A DNA stretch of 63,872 nucleotides, counting the filler. It is 4 parts of 4 records of this genome, joined end to end, with 100 filler letters (N's around TTAATTAATTAA, not from the genome) between each part and the next. Parts side by side here need not be neighbours in the genome. Positions count along the whole stretch, not along the records: positions 34,513 to 55,568 come from SRR20825010_119; positions 55,669 to 63,872 come from SRR20825010_122; 2 more parts are not named here. The stretch is one strand, 5' to 3'. This document shows, one piece after another, positions 52,769-63,872 of this stretch. The notes beneath the pieces are model-generated. The model saw nothing but the letters and a program-made list of their open reading frames with translations, did not search any database and was not told where the DNA came from. Numbering within the stretch: the stretch's first letter is position 1; each line of letters opens with the position of its first letter. The translations under genes were made by a program, and so were the position numbers.

Positions 52769-54202
52769 GGAAGATCACTCCCGCTTTTTCCAACGGATGC
52801 AATCCAGACGTGGCCAGGGCAGGGGACTCCGCATCGGGAAACATCTTGCCGCGATTGCAAATCTCATGCGGGTCCATTTCCGCTCGCACGCGGTGCATCA
52901 AATCGATCGTGGGTTCGTCAAACATCTCAGCAAATACGCCACGTTTCTCAATCCCCACCCCGTGTTCGCCGGTGATGGAACCGCCCATCTCGATGCACAG
53001 CCGAAGGATCGAATGAGCGAACTCATTGGCCTTGTCAAAGGCCCCTGGGATCTTCCCGTCGTACATGATCAGTGGGTGCAAGTTGCCGTCGCCAGCGTGA
53101 AAAACATTGGCAACCGGCACGCCACATTCCTGACTCATCGCTTCGATTCGCTCGAGAGCTTCGCCCAAGCAACGCCGGGGAACGACACCGTCCTGCACGA
53201 TGAAGTCAGGGCTGAGCCGTCCCGCCGCTGAGAACACGGATTTGCGACCTTTCCATATCGCCAATCGTTCGGCATCGTTGGCAGCAATCTCGACCGCCGA
53301 GGGATGAGTGCTGGCGATCACTTCGGCCAAGATTTCCTTTTCCATCGCAACGCGTTCGGCGGAACCTTCCAGTTCGACAATCAACACGCTGTTGGCATTC
53401 TTGGGATAGCCACAGGCCACGGCGGCTTCGGCGGCGCGAATCGACATCGCGTCCATGATCTCCATCGCCCCCGGCAACAGATTCGCGGCAATGATCGCAC
53501 CAACCGCATTCCCGGCCGCGCGAATGTCGTCGTAACCCACCAAGACGGTATGAAAGACTTCTGGCAAAGGCAGCAATCGCAATGTGGCCTGCAACGCGAT
53601 TCCCAACATGCCTTCGTTGCCACAAATGAAACCGGTGGAATCCGGCCCGGCATGCTCCAACGAAGATCCACCGATGCTGGTCACGGTCCCATCGCCCAGG
53701 ACCACATCCATCGCCAAGGTGTGCCCGGCGGTCATGCCGTATTTCAAACAGTGAGCGCCACCGGAATTGAACGCGATGTTGCCACCGATCGTGCACACCG
53801 ATTGGCTGGACGGATCCGGTGCAAAGTACAACCCGTGTGGGCGAGCAGCCTGAGAAACGGCGAGGTTCACCACCCCGCACTGGACCGTCGCGGTTCGCTC
53901 AACGGGATCAACGTGCAAGATTCGGTTCAGCCGATTCAGCGCGATCACAATCCCATCGCGATGTGGCATCGCGCCACCGGACAACCCCGTGCCGCTGCCT
54001 CGAGCGACCACCGGCACGTGATGTTCGTAACACCACCGTACCGCAGACACGACCTCGTCGGCGGTCTCGGGAAAGACCACCCCGCGAGGTCGAGCGGTGT
54101 ACGCGAGCAACCCGTCTGATTCAAAAGCAGCCTGGGCTGCCGGATCGGTTCGAAACCGATCGGCAGGAAACAGCTCTGCCAAACCAGTCAGGTCGCTGGG
54201 AT

Positions 54203-54206
<4 letters not shown>
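52761..54206 (-). CDS. glcD: Glycolate oxidase subunit
   Basis: [43 protein letters not shown]. Confidence 0.92.
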
Positions 54207-55336
<1,130 letters not shown>

Positions 55337-55498
55337 TCGTTGTTGAGGGGGAAGAAGGAGATTGACGTAGATGGAGGGCAGACGCCCTTCCGCCACAAAA
55401 TTGAGTTTGGCAGAAGGACAATCCATTTTCGCAAGTTACATGGAACATTTGGCAGCGTGGCGAAAGCCGTCGCTTGATCAAGTGGTTCACACAAAAAA

Positions 55499-55568
55499 TC
55501 ACAAGCCGACGCGTGACGGCCTGTTGGTTGAGGCGAGTTCACAACCCGACGCGTGAGCGAGGGACCCA
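55499..55568. repeat. REP-like repeat copies at the contig edge
   Basis: TCACAAGCCGACGCGTGA and TCACAACCCGACGCGTGA(GCGAGGGA) 40 bp apart. Confidence 0.6.
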
Positions 55569-55668
55569 NNNNNNNNNNNNNNNNNNNNNNNNNNNNNNNN
55601 NNNNNNNNNNNNTTAATTAATTAANNNNNNNNNNNNNNNNNNNNNNNNNNNNNNNNNNNNNNNNNNNN
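55569..55668. other. Artificial contig spacer
   Basis: N44-TTAATTAATTAA-N44. Confidence 0.98.
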
Positions 55669-56304
55669 AGTACCTTTTACCGTACCTGATACTTTTGACA
55701 CCCCGATTCTTCGTTTGTAACGCACTGGTACTTCGATATATGACATTTTTTTTCTCAAAATTTTCAATTGCATTTCCACTGTCCAGCCATAAGTGGTGTC
55801 CTGCATTCTTAATTCTTTGAGCTTTTCATATTTTATCGCCCTAAAAGGTCCTAGATCCGTAAATTTTGACCTAAAAAACAATCGCATTAAAAATGTGGCC
55901 AATTGGTTCCCAAAAACCTGCTGTGGGGTCATGGAACCAGGTTCGCGAAGTGATTTTTTTCGCGCTCCCACCACAAAATCGATGTCATTTTCCAAAATTG
56001 GGGCGACAATCTTATCCAATTCCTCTGGATAATCTGAATAATCTCCGTCGATAAATACGATGATGTCGGGTGTTTTAGATCGTTCGGATATGTAATTTAA
56101 TCCTCTTAAACAGGCGAACCCATAGCCCTTGCGGTTTTCCGTGATTACAGTGGCGCCAGCTTTTTCTGCATTGGCTACGGTATCGTCTTCGGAACCGTTG
56201 TCCACGACCACAATTTCGGACACATGGTCGGGAATTTCCGAGACCACCAAACCAATGGAATCTCCTTCGTTGATCGCTGGGATGATGACCTTGATATCCG
56301 CCAT
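55669..56304 (-). CDS. Glycosyltransferase family 2 (DPM-synthase-like), 3' end truncated
   Basis: IIPAINE, VVDNGS, FIDGD, TDLGPFRAI, RIGVSK. Confidence 0.92.
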
Positions 56305-56396
56305 TGGTCAGATGTTGTTTTGGTTAGTGTTAGAGCTCGCCAAAACTAAAATTTTCCAAGGATATTTGATTGAAAATCTTCAAAAAGAAGGGAAAT

Positions 56397-58007
56397 CTAT
56401 TTTTTGTTCACCAATGTCATCAGGTCCACATCATTGCCCAACAGCACTTGATTGCTATCGATTCTACCTTCCAACGGACCGTTTTCCAGTTTAAGGACGC
56501 CCCGTGGACAAACTGCCGAGCAAATTCCACATCCCACACAGCTCGACCGAACGATGTTCTCTCCTTTCTGGGCGTAGGCCCGCACATCGATGCCCATTTC
56601 GCAGTATACCGAACAGTTGCCACAAGAAATACATTGCCCACCATTGGTGGTAATTCTGAACCTGGAAAACAATTTCTGCTGAAACCCTAAAATGGCGGCC
56701 ATGGGGCAACCGAAGCGGCACCACACCCTGCTCCCAAAGATGGGGTAGAACCCTGTTCCGATGACTCCAGAAAAAATGCTTCCGATCAAGAAAGAGTACG
56801 ATTTACGAAGTGTTTCGGATTTAAAAAGAAAAATTTGTCCGTCCCCGCTAAAAAAATGAAACCCGATCAGCGCTATAATGATCACAAAATAACCGATGGC
56901 TCCGTACTGCGCATCTTTCTGGAGTTGATTTCTTTTAAAAATCATGGCCCAACCGAACACCAAGGTCAGTAAAACGGCCACCCCGATTAAAAAAGAGCTC
57001 TTGGTCAGCCAATATTTACTGGTATCCGTTCCCAAGTAGGAATAAATGACCGCGGTGGTCATCAAAGTCACAAAAACTACGACACTGTGCACCACCCAGC
57101 GTTCTACTTTCCATGCAAATGTAGATTTATCGCTCAACTGCCTGAATGAATCCCCAGCGGTTTCTGCCAATCCACCACACCCGCAGACCCAAGAGCAGTA
57201 CCATCTTTTACCATATTTGTAGGTAAGGATGGGAGTTATCACAAAAATGGAGAGGATGCCAAAGATCAATAGGGCAAAACCGATTTCCCCCGAACTTAAA
57301 AACGCTTTAATGCGATACCCTTCAAAATTATAATAGTTGAGCGGCCAAATATTTTTGAGGTCGTAATAAGGCAAACTGCCCCCGTCCAAAATTTTATCGC
57401 CGTTCAAACGGGCCATCAATTCTGGGATGATGAACGCAAAAGCGGTTTGAAAGAACATGACGCTCCAAGTGCGCAACCTTTCGTATCGGTTATGGCGATA
57501 TTTCCAAAGGAACTTGATGCCAAAGGCCAAAATGGCCACCGTATAAAGTGTGCCGTAAACAAACCACTGACTGGCGGGGTTGCCGCTCAAAAATTTACTG
57601 AGCGGGTCAAAAAGCCCAATAACCCCTTTATTGTCGCCATCGTTCACCAGACCGAGATATTCAGGATAAAAATAGAGTACAATGTAGAAACCTGTCAAGG
57701 ACAAACCTGCCACCCATCCCCATAAACCGCGACTGGAAATCGACTTGAACCAAACACCATCATTTTTGATCCCAGGGATTTTTTTGGAATAGGCATCCCA
57801 GGAAAACCAAACAATCCCGACGGTGATAGCCAAAAGAGACAAGGTCAACCATAAGGTCCTATTCGGAAAATTGACATTGAAAACGGCCAAAAGCAGAATG
57901 CCCAGCCCAGATAATCCCAAAAAGACAGCGAGTTTTTGACTTATGCTCAAACTTTTTGGTGGTTCGCCTGTCAGGGCCATGCTTTTATGATAGGTTTGAC
58001 TGTTCAT
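56397..58007 (-). CDS. Polytopic membrane ferredoxin (NapH/MauN-like 4Fe-4S binding protein)
   Basis: Multiple TMs; CSWVCGCG, CRFGCP; CISCGNCSVYC and CVGCGICSAVCP. Confidence 0.88.
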   Translation of the reverse strand: MNSQTYHKSMALTGEPPKSLSISQKLAVFLGLSGLGILLLAVFNVNFPNRTLWLTLSLLAITVGIVWFSWDAYSKKIPGIKNDGVWFKSISSRGLWGWVAGLSLTGFYIVLYFYPEYLGLVNDGDNKGVIGLFDPLSKFLSGNPASQWFVYGTLYTVAILAFGIKFLWKYRHNRYERLRTWSVMFFQTAFAFIIPELMARLNGDKILDGGSLPYYDLKNIWPLNYYNFEGYRIKAFLSSGEIGFALLIFGILSIFVITPILTYKYGKRWYCSWVCGCGGLAETAGDSFRQLSDKSTFAWKVERWVVHSVVVFVTLMTTAVIYSYLGTDTSKYWLTKSSFLIGVAVLLTLVFGWAMIFKRNQLQKDAQYGAIGYFVIIIALIGFHFFSGDGQIFLFKSETLRKSYSFLIGSIFSGVIGTGFYPIFGSRVWCRFGCPMAAILGFQQKLFSRFRITTNGGQCISCGNCSVYCEMGIDVRAYAQKGENIVRSSCVGCGICSAVCPRGVLKLENGPLEGRIDSNQVLLGNDVDLMTLVNKK

Positions 58008-58114
58008 TGTTTGTTGTTTCTTTGTTCTGATATTTTCGAATGGGACATGACCTCTCCAGTTTTTCGTACAATTTAAACTCTTTAATAAACCATTAACCCT
58101 GAGCCATCAACCAA

Positions 58115-59464
58115 TCAATTCAGTTGGAAGATGCGTTTTAGGTTTTTCTTTTTCGGGTTGATGGATTTTCCGAAATTGGAATTGTATTTCGACACGATCT
58201 GAGGTTCAAAACTTTTATAAAACTCAGGGTCGAAATTGGCGTCTCTAAGATGTTCCATCACATAATCAATGGTTCTTTTTTCACTGAGCCATCTATCAAA
58301 AACTTCGTGCCGCAAACGAATGCCAAAGGTGTTGATGCCCAACACAGTTTCAGAATCCTTATCAAACGCAATGGTGATACAAAGTTTTTCTTTGGAATGT
58401 CTCCAATGGAAATGGGCCTCGTTTTCTTTTTTCTTTCTCTCTGGGAACACCCAACCATAGGTTTGGTACTCAATGTCCAGAAACTTGGCGGAGTTGAACC
58501 AGTGTCCGGGGTTGTATTCCATTCGATTGCCACAAATGGTCTGGGCCAGGGTTTCGCCCATCATACGGCCCGTGTACCAAACAGCTTCAATGGGGCGTCG
58601 ATTTCCAATGGCTTCGTGCTGTTCCGCACAATCGCCAATGGCGTATACGTGTTCAACATTTGTCTCCAAAAACCGATTTACCTTTACTCCTCTACCTAAT
58701 TCTATATCCGAGTCTTTCAAAAAATCAATATTTGGGGTAACACCTGTGGTCAATCCCACCAAGTCACATTCAATTTCTTCTCCAGTTTCGGCCAGTGTCA
58801 CGGATTTTACCCTTCCATTTTCATCAGGATTGATTTGCTTGAGCGAAGCACCTAACCGCAAATCAATATGGTGCTCGTGGATATGTTCGTTGATCATTTC
58901 TGATTCGCCAGAAGGCAAAACACTGTTCCAAAAGCTGTTTTCACGAACCAAAAAAGTCACTGGGATATCACGAGTACGTAGCATTTCGGCCAATTCGATG
59001 CCAATAAGCCCACCACCAATGATCACTGCCCGTTTGCAAACCTTGTTATTGGGTGCGTTGTCTTCCAGCAGTTCCAGGTCTTGTTTGGAATAAAGCCCTT
59101 GAACGCCATCCAAATCCTGTCCGGGCCAACCGAATTTATTGGGTTTGGATCCTGTGGCAATAATCAATTTATCGTAGTCGAGGTCTGGAGCACCATCAAG
59201 ATGAAGCAATTTTTCTTGGGTGTTGACCTTGGTCACGTACGCTTGTACCAAATCTATTCGGTTCTTTTTCCAGAAGTGGTTCTCGTAGGGTTGGGTATGC
59301 TCAAACCTCATGTGGCCCATGTACACATACATCAAAGCTGTTCGGGAGAAAAAGTACTCGGATTCTGCGGAAACAATGGTGATTTTTTTGTCGGAAAGCT
59401 TTCGAATGTGCCTTGCAGCGGTTACACCTGCAATTCCATTTCCAATAATGACAATGTGCTCCAT
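58115..59464 (-). CDS. NAD(P)/FAD-dependent oxidoreductase
   Basis: IIGNGIAG, LIIATGS, IIGGGLIGIE, VYAIGDC. Confidence 0.92.
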   Translation of the reverse strand: MEHIVIIGNGIAGVTAARHIRKLSDKKITIVSAESEYFFSRTALMYVYMGHMRFEHTQPYENHFWKKNRIDLVQAYVTKVNTQEKLLHLDGAPDLDYDKLIIATGSKPNKFGWPGQDLDGVQGLYSKQDLELLEDNAPNNKVCKRAVIIGGGLIGIELAEMLRTRDIPVTFLVRENSFWNSVLPSGESEMINEHIHEHHIDLRLGASLKQINPDENGRVKSVTLAETGEEIECDLVGLTTGVTPNIDFLKDSDIELGRGVKVNRFLETNVEHVYAIGDCAEQHEAIGNRRPIEAVWYTGRMMGETLAQTICGNRMEYNPGHWFNSAKFLDIEYQTYGWVFPERKKKENEAHFHWRHSKEKLCITIAFDKDSETVLGINTFGIRLRHEVFDRWLSEKRTIDYVMEHLRDANFDPEFYKSFEPQIVSKYNSNFGKSINPKKKNLKRIFQLN

Positions 59465-59592
59465 GGGTTGGGTTTGATTGTTCTATGTGTCGAGGTTTAT
59501 CGTAAAAACTTAACAGAAAGATGAAATTTAATAAGAATTTGGCGGTCGGATGATGTTTTAAAATGATTATTTTTAAAGCGTTCGCAATCATT

Positions 59593-60606
59593 ATGAAAAA
59601 GCTGATTTATTTATGTGTGCTTGTTTTTGCCTCTTGCGCAACTAGCAAGTTTGATAAAGTCAATGGTGTCAGTTTTGTCGCCTCGGGGGAGGAAGTCGCC
59701 CAACACCATATCGACCCCGTTCTTAAAGTGGGCGCCAATTATGCCGCCGTGATGCCGTTTGGATTCATTAGGGATTTGGATTCCCCCGAACTGATTTTTA
59801 ATACGGATAGGCAATGGTATGGTGAGCGCAGGGAAGGAGCAAAGCAGTACATAGAAAAGTTGCATCAAAATGGGGTAAGCGTGATGGTAAAACCCCAAAT
59901 ATGGATTTTTGATGGTCAATTTACTGGTAACATGAAAATGCCTTCAGAAGAAGATTGGGAAAAACTGGAAGCATCCTACGAAGCATTTATTCTACTTTAT
60001 GCCGAGATGGCGGAAGAAACCCAAAGCGACATATTTTGTATAGGAACTGAGCTAAAAACCTTTGTGAACGAACGGCCTGGGTTTTGGAACGATCTTATTA
60101 AAAAGGTAAGAGAAGTGTACACGGGCAAGATTACCTATGCCGCCAACTGGGACGAGTATGCAAAAACACCTTTTTGGTCGGATTTGGATTTTATTGGTGT
60201 GAACGCCTATTTTCCGCTTTGCGAACGGGAAAACCCTACGATAGAAACGCTAACGGAAGGTTGGCAACCCTGGAAGACCAAAATGCGGGAACTTGCCAAA
60301 CAGGAAGATAAACCTATTCTTTTTACAGAGTTTGGGTACCGAAGCATGGATTTTACGGGCAAAAAGCCTTGGTTGGTGGACCGTAACCAAATGAATGTGA
60401 ACCTCAAGGCACAAGCCGATGCCACACAGGTTCTTTTTAATGAGTTCTGGAGCGAGGATTGGTTTGCCGGGGGATTTGTCTGGAAATGGTTCATGCAGCA
60501 CGATCAAGTTGGCGGACATGCGGACAATCGATTTACGCCCCAAAATAAGCCAGCGGAATCCATCATTAGAAGGCAGTACACCCAGGTCAAAAAATCAAGT
60601 CTTTAA
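59593..60606 (+). CDS. Glycoside hydrolase family 113-like TIM-barrel lipoprotein
   Basis: Lipobox FASC; KPQIW, IGTEL, YAANWD, NAYFPL, FTEFGY. Confidence 0.78.
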   Translation: MKKLIYLCVLVFASCATSKFDKVNGVSFVASGEEVAQHHIDPVLKVGANYAAVMPFGFIRDLDSPELIFNTDRQWYGERREGAKQYIEKLHQNGVSVMVKPQIWIFDGQFTGNMKMPSEEDWEKLEASYEAFILLYAEMAEETQSDIFCIGTELKTFVNERPGFWNDLIKKVREVYTGKITYAANWDEYAKTPFWSDLDFIGVNAYFPLCERENPTIETLTEGWQPWKTKMRELAKQEDKPILFTEFGYRSMDFTGKKPWLVDRNQMNVNLKAQADATQVLFNEFWSEDWFAGGFVWKWFMQHDQVGGHADNRFTPQNKPAESIIRRQYTQVKKSSL

Positions 60607-60706
60607 GAACAAGTAAAGGTTTGTCGGAAATTTTGGACTAATTCGTAACCATGCTATATGTTTTTTCCCCATATTTGCAATACATCCCACCCAAAAACAT
60701 ACAGTA

Positions 60707-61639
60707 ATGAAACTAAAATTATCCCTTCTTTTTTGGGTATGGGCCTGTACATTTATGTTGGGACAGGAAAGTACCTATTACAATGTGGTTGCCGAGCAGG
60801 GCGACGGTATTTTTTCGCTGCTGCGCAAACAAGGTCTTGACCCTGCCAAACACTACGGGGAGTTTTTGGAATTGAATTCTGATAAAATAACGGAAGGTAC
60901 TGCCCTCAAACTGGGTGAAGCGTACAGGGTTCCTTATGCGGATGATTCCTTAAAGAAAACTGGGGTAATGGTCGAGACGGTAAAAGACTCTGAAGCCCCT
61001 ATTTTTGATAAGGAACTGGCTGAAATGTCCCTTAAAAGTGATAAGCTGAAAGATGCTGTATACTATCTTATTGCTGAGAATATCTCTGGAACGGAGAATG
61101 GTTTTGTGAATGATGTTACACAACGTATTGCAGGAGAATTGATGTTGAATGGAGCCCATGTGTATGTCATGGGTGATGACTTGTTACGTGACTCTGAAGA
61201 CGAAGGAATTTCGGTAGACAATACTTTTGGGGACTATGTACAGGTCATCAATAAAAGATACATAAAGAATACTGGAAAATACCAACGGGTTTTGTTGATT
61301 CGGGCTGAAAATGTAATCGAGACTGGTAATATGGCAGTGGCTGTGTACCATTATGATAAAAGTGCCCAAGGCCAGCGTTTTGCAGAGAATATACAGAATG
61401 TGTTTAAGGAGAACAACGTTTCCAGTACTACCATTGATGAATCCAGTTTGGTTTTTGAGGACAAAAACAGCTTATATTTGGCTACAAACATTCTTCCCGC
61501 CATCAGTATAATGACGATAGAGAACACGAGTCGGACATCAAAAAGCAAGATATCACTCAAACCAAACAAAAAAGAATTTGCCGATCTAATTAGTAATGGC
61601 ATTATTAATGATTATGTTGATTTAGAATTTGAGAATTAA
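60707..61639 (+). CDS. LysM-like plus degenerate Amidase_3-fold protein
   Basis: Colinear with the downstream amidase (AEQGDGIFSLLR; LKDAVYYLI; NTGKYQR; LPA) but lacks its His/Glu residues. Confidence 0.75.
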   Translation: MKLKLSLLFWVWACTFMLGQESTYYNVVAEQGDGIFSLLRKQGLDPAKHYGEFLELNSDKITEGTALKLGEAYRVPYADDSLKKTGVMVETVKDSEAPIFDKELAEMSLKSDKLKDAVYYLIAENISGTENGFVNDVTQRIAGELMLNGAHVYVMGDDLLRDSEDEGISVDNTFGDYVQVINKRYIKNTGKYQRVLLIRAENVIETGNMAVAVYHYDKSAQGQRFAENIQNVFKENNVSSTTIDESSLVFEDKNSLYLATNILPAISIMTIENTSRTSKSKISLKPNKKEFADLISNGIINDYVDLEFEN

Positions 61640-62662
61640 ATGAGACTTAATTGGTTTACGCCATTGCTGGGCGTTTTGTTTATATTTCAGTCCACCTTAT
61701 GGGGCCAAGAGGATTTTCCCAAAGTCATGGCGGAAGAAGGTGATGGTATTTATTCGTTACTGCGAAGACACGGGGTGAGCCCAACAAAACACTACAACAA
61801 CTTTGTGAAACTAAATGCAGAGGATTTGGGCGAGGATGAATCCTTGATTTTGGGCAGGCATTATATGCTGCCCGATACTTTGGAAACAAAAACGGTTGAA
61901 ACGGTGGAAGAGGGAATCACGTACTCCATTTTTGGGGAGGATTTTAAAAAAGTAGATAAGGCAAGTTCGCGCTTAAAGAACACCGTGTATTATTTGATTT
62001 CTGGCCATGGTGGCCCCGACCCGGGAGCCATAGAAAAACATAATGGAAAATTGATAGCTGAAGATGAATATGCCTACGATGTGACCTTGCGATTGGCCCG
62101 CGAGCTTATATCCCACGGGGCGGAAGTACATATCATTGTCCAAGACGGAAACGATGGCATTAGGGACAAAAGAATCCTTGAACTGGATACGGACGAAACT
62201 GTTCAATCACAGCCTATCCCGCTAGACCAATTGGAGCGTTTGAAGCAACGTACCAAAGCTGTCAATGATCTATATACAAAGAATACGGGTAAATATCAAC
62301 GTCTTTTGGTCACCCATGTGGATAGTAGGGGCGAGGGTACCAATATTGATGTATTTTTCTACCATCACGAAAAGAGTACCAACGGAAAAAGGCTTGCGGA
62401 AAGCATTCACCAGACATTTTTGAGGAAGTACAAAAAATTCCAGCCCAACCGATTGTACAACGGTACCTTTATGGAAAGAAGCAGTTTGTACGTAGTTAAA
62501 AACACGCTTCCGGCCATGGCTTACATTGAAATAGGCAACATCAGAAACAAAAAGGACCAACGTAGAATCCTGGACCCCGATAACCGACAGGCATTGGCCA
62601 AATGGATTTCCGAGGGGATTTTATTGGATTATGAATCTCCTAAAGAAGCTATTTCAAAATAA
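61640..62662 (+). CDS. N-acetylmuramoyl-L-alanine amidase (Amidase_3) with a LysM-like N-terminus
   Basis: SGHGGPDPG, EDE, THVDS and YIEIGN metal/catalytic motifs. Confidence 0.9.
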   Translation: MRLNWFTPLLGVLFIFQSTLWGQEDFPKVMAEEGDGIYSLLRRHGVSPTKHYNNFVKLNAEDLGEDESLILGRHYMLPDTLETKTVETVEEGITYSIFGEDFKKVDKASSRLKNTVYYLISGHGGPDPGAIEKHNGKLIAEDEYAYDVTLRLARELISHGAEVHIIVQDGNDGIRDKRILELDTDETVQSQPIPLDQLERLKQRTKAVNDLYTKNTGKYQRLLVTHVDSRGEGTNIDVFFYHHEKSTNGKRLAESIHQTFLRKYKKFQPNRLYNGTFMERSSLYVVKNTLPAMAYIEIGNIRNKKDQRRILDPDNRQALAKWISEGILLDYESPKEAISK

Positions 62663-62663
62663 A

Positions 62664-63629
62664 CTAGCAACACCCGCCACCGTTGTAGTGGTATGTACTT
62701 TCACTTATAAAGATTTCATCCGAAGCACTAGCCAAGGCAGCAGCTGTTTTGTCACATACCGCCAAAGGTTGGTTTTGTAGTAGTACATGTCCCTTCTTAT
62801 CATCAAAATATGCCTCGTCTCCAAAATAAATAGCTGTTTTTCCCGTAAAAACGCAGGGACCATCGGCTGGCATCGGGTCTTTTATGGCGGCTATTTCGAT
62901 GGATTCAATATGAATGAGCTCTTTGGTGGGGTAATGGTTCGGCGATAACACCCTGTACGATCGTTTGCCTCTGATTTCTATGGTGCCAAAACCGGCATCC
63001 GTCAACACTTTTACATAATCTTTCAAGGGAATGCTACCGCTCAGACATTGTGCCCTCAAGCGGTCATCGTTGCGCAGCTCGCCGCTCATGGGCTGCTCGC
63101 AAATGGGATCGCTCATCACCAATCTTCCGTGAGGCTTCAGTACGCGGTACATTTCGGAAACGGCTTTTTTAAGGTCATCTATCTTAAAAATATTGAAAAG
63201 GCAATTCTGTGCTGCCACGTCGATACTTTCATCCTCCACGGGAAGGTTCAATGCATCACCTTTCACCAAATTCACGTATTCGCTCTTGAACCAATCGTTT
63301 TCTTCTTCGGCTATTTTGAAGTTCTTTCGGGAAGCCTCCAACATCTCATCTACGGAATCCACCCCGGTTACACCACCCATCTGTCTGGAAAAATAAGAGA
63401 ATTGCAGCAGTTCCATTCCGCCTCCTACACCAACATATAGAATTTTGGGATTGTTGACCAAATCCTGTGCGGAAACGGTGCTTCCACAGCCATAGTTCAT
63501 CTCTTGCATGATCTTGGGAATGGAAAGCCCGGGGAACTGCCAAATGGGGTTGGTGGTGCAGCAAAGCCCCACATCGGGTGTTAGGGCCGCTTGTTTGTAT
63601 AGGTCTTGGGTGGCGTCTAAATAGCTCAT
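62664..63629 (-). CDS. arsM: Arsenite methyltransferase, cyanobacterial/arsenosugar-associated ArsM type
   Basis: GLCC, MNYGCG, LYVGVGGG, AQNCLFNIF, RAQCLSG, AVCDKT and terminal GGGCC, as recalled for Synechocystis ArsM; ATG 63629 overlaps the PNP stop. Confidence 0.85.
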   Translation of the reverse strand: MSYLDATQDLYKQAALTPDVGLCCTTNPIWQFPGLSIPKIMQEMNYGCGSTVSAQDLVNNPKILYVGVGGGMELLQFSYFSRQMGGVTGVDSVDEMLEASRKNFKIAEEENDWFKSEYVNLVKGDALNLPVEDESIDVAAQNCLFNIFKIDDLKKAVSEMYRVLKPHGRLVMSDPICEQPMSGELRNDDRLRAQCLSGSIPLKDYVKVLTDAGFGTIEIRGKRSYRVLSPNHYPTKELIHIESIEIAAIKDPMPADGPCVFTGKTAIYFGDEAYFDDKKGHVLLQNQPLAVCDKTAAALASASDEIFISESTYHYNGGGCC

Positions 63630-63872
63630 AGTTCTTTGATTAGTTCTTTGAATAGTTTGATCATTTTGGGTTCCGTTTGCCCTGCAATCTTCAAAATTTC
63701 CTGTACTTCGACAGGTTGCAGGTTGTCGGGGTCGCATTCATCGGTCAATACCGATACCGCTACAATGGGTAGTCGTAAATGATTCGCAACAATTACCTCG
63801 GGGACGGTGCTCATTCCCACGGCGTCGGCACCCATGATCTTGAGCATTCGGTATTCTGCCTTGGTTTCCAGT
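63626..63872 (-). CDS. Purine nucleoside phosphorylase (trimeric PNP/MTAP family), 3' part only
   Basis: LETKAEY, GADAVGMSTVPE, SVLTD; runs off the window end. Confidence 0.9.
   Translation of the reverse strand, partial: LETKAEYRMLKIMGADAVGMSTVPEVIVANHLRLPIVAVSVLTDECDPDNLQPVEVQEILKIAGQTEPKMIKLFKELIKEL

Noticed and set aside
55499-55568. Possible CRISPR array start
   Set aside because: Only two short copies with a 40-bp period and no cas genes; better explained as REP-like
62664-63629. Selenocysteine recoding in arsM
   Set aside because: No in-frame TGA; the gene ends GGGCC-TAG

Overview
This window is not one replicon. It holds four unrelated contigs joined by artificial 100-bp spacers (N44-TTAATTAATTAA-N44) at 22358-22457, 34413-34512 and 55569-55668. 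Contig 1 (1-22357, Flavobacteriaceae-like) carries an ABC-F ATPase, two plant-type LRR proteins, an RND efflux operon, an M16 peptidase, and an AraC-linked planctomycete-type cytochrome c / DUF1553 / DUF1501 cluster. Contig 2 (22458-34412, AT-rich Flavobacteriaceae-like) carries a truncated Ig/MBG adhesin with a TPR-kinase/NarL two-component pair, plus an array of small VOC/SRPBCC/DoxX genes that includes a frameshifted DUF4180 gene. Contig 3 (34513-55568, GC-rich, Rhodopirellula-like) carries REP-like repeats at both ends, a WYL-like protein, pyrG, a TPR-ExbB-ExbD-(TonB/TolA-like alpha/alpha-barrel protein) operon, a DEAD-box helicase, and a sugar dehydrogenase-glcDEF operon. Contig 4 (55669-63872, Flavobacteriaceae-like) carries a GT2, a membrane ferredoxin with a flavoprotein, a GH113-like lipoprotein, an active/inactive amidase pair, and a cyanobacterial-type ArsM translationally coupled to an Asp-type purine nucleoside phosphorylase. 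The strongest candidates for undescribed systems are the ExbBD-energised SxxxH/Pro-rich/terpene-cyclase-fold protein with its giant TPR partner, the putative arsenosugar pathway (PNP-ArsM and neighbours), and the DUF1553/DUF1501 haem c module. All family assignments come from motif recognition by eye; no searches were run.
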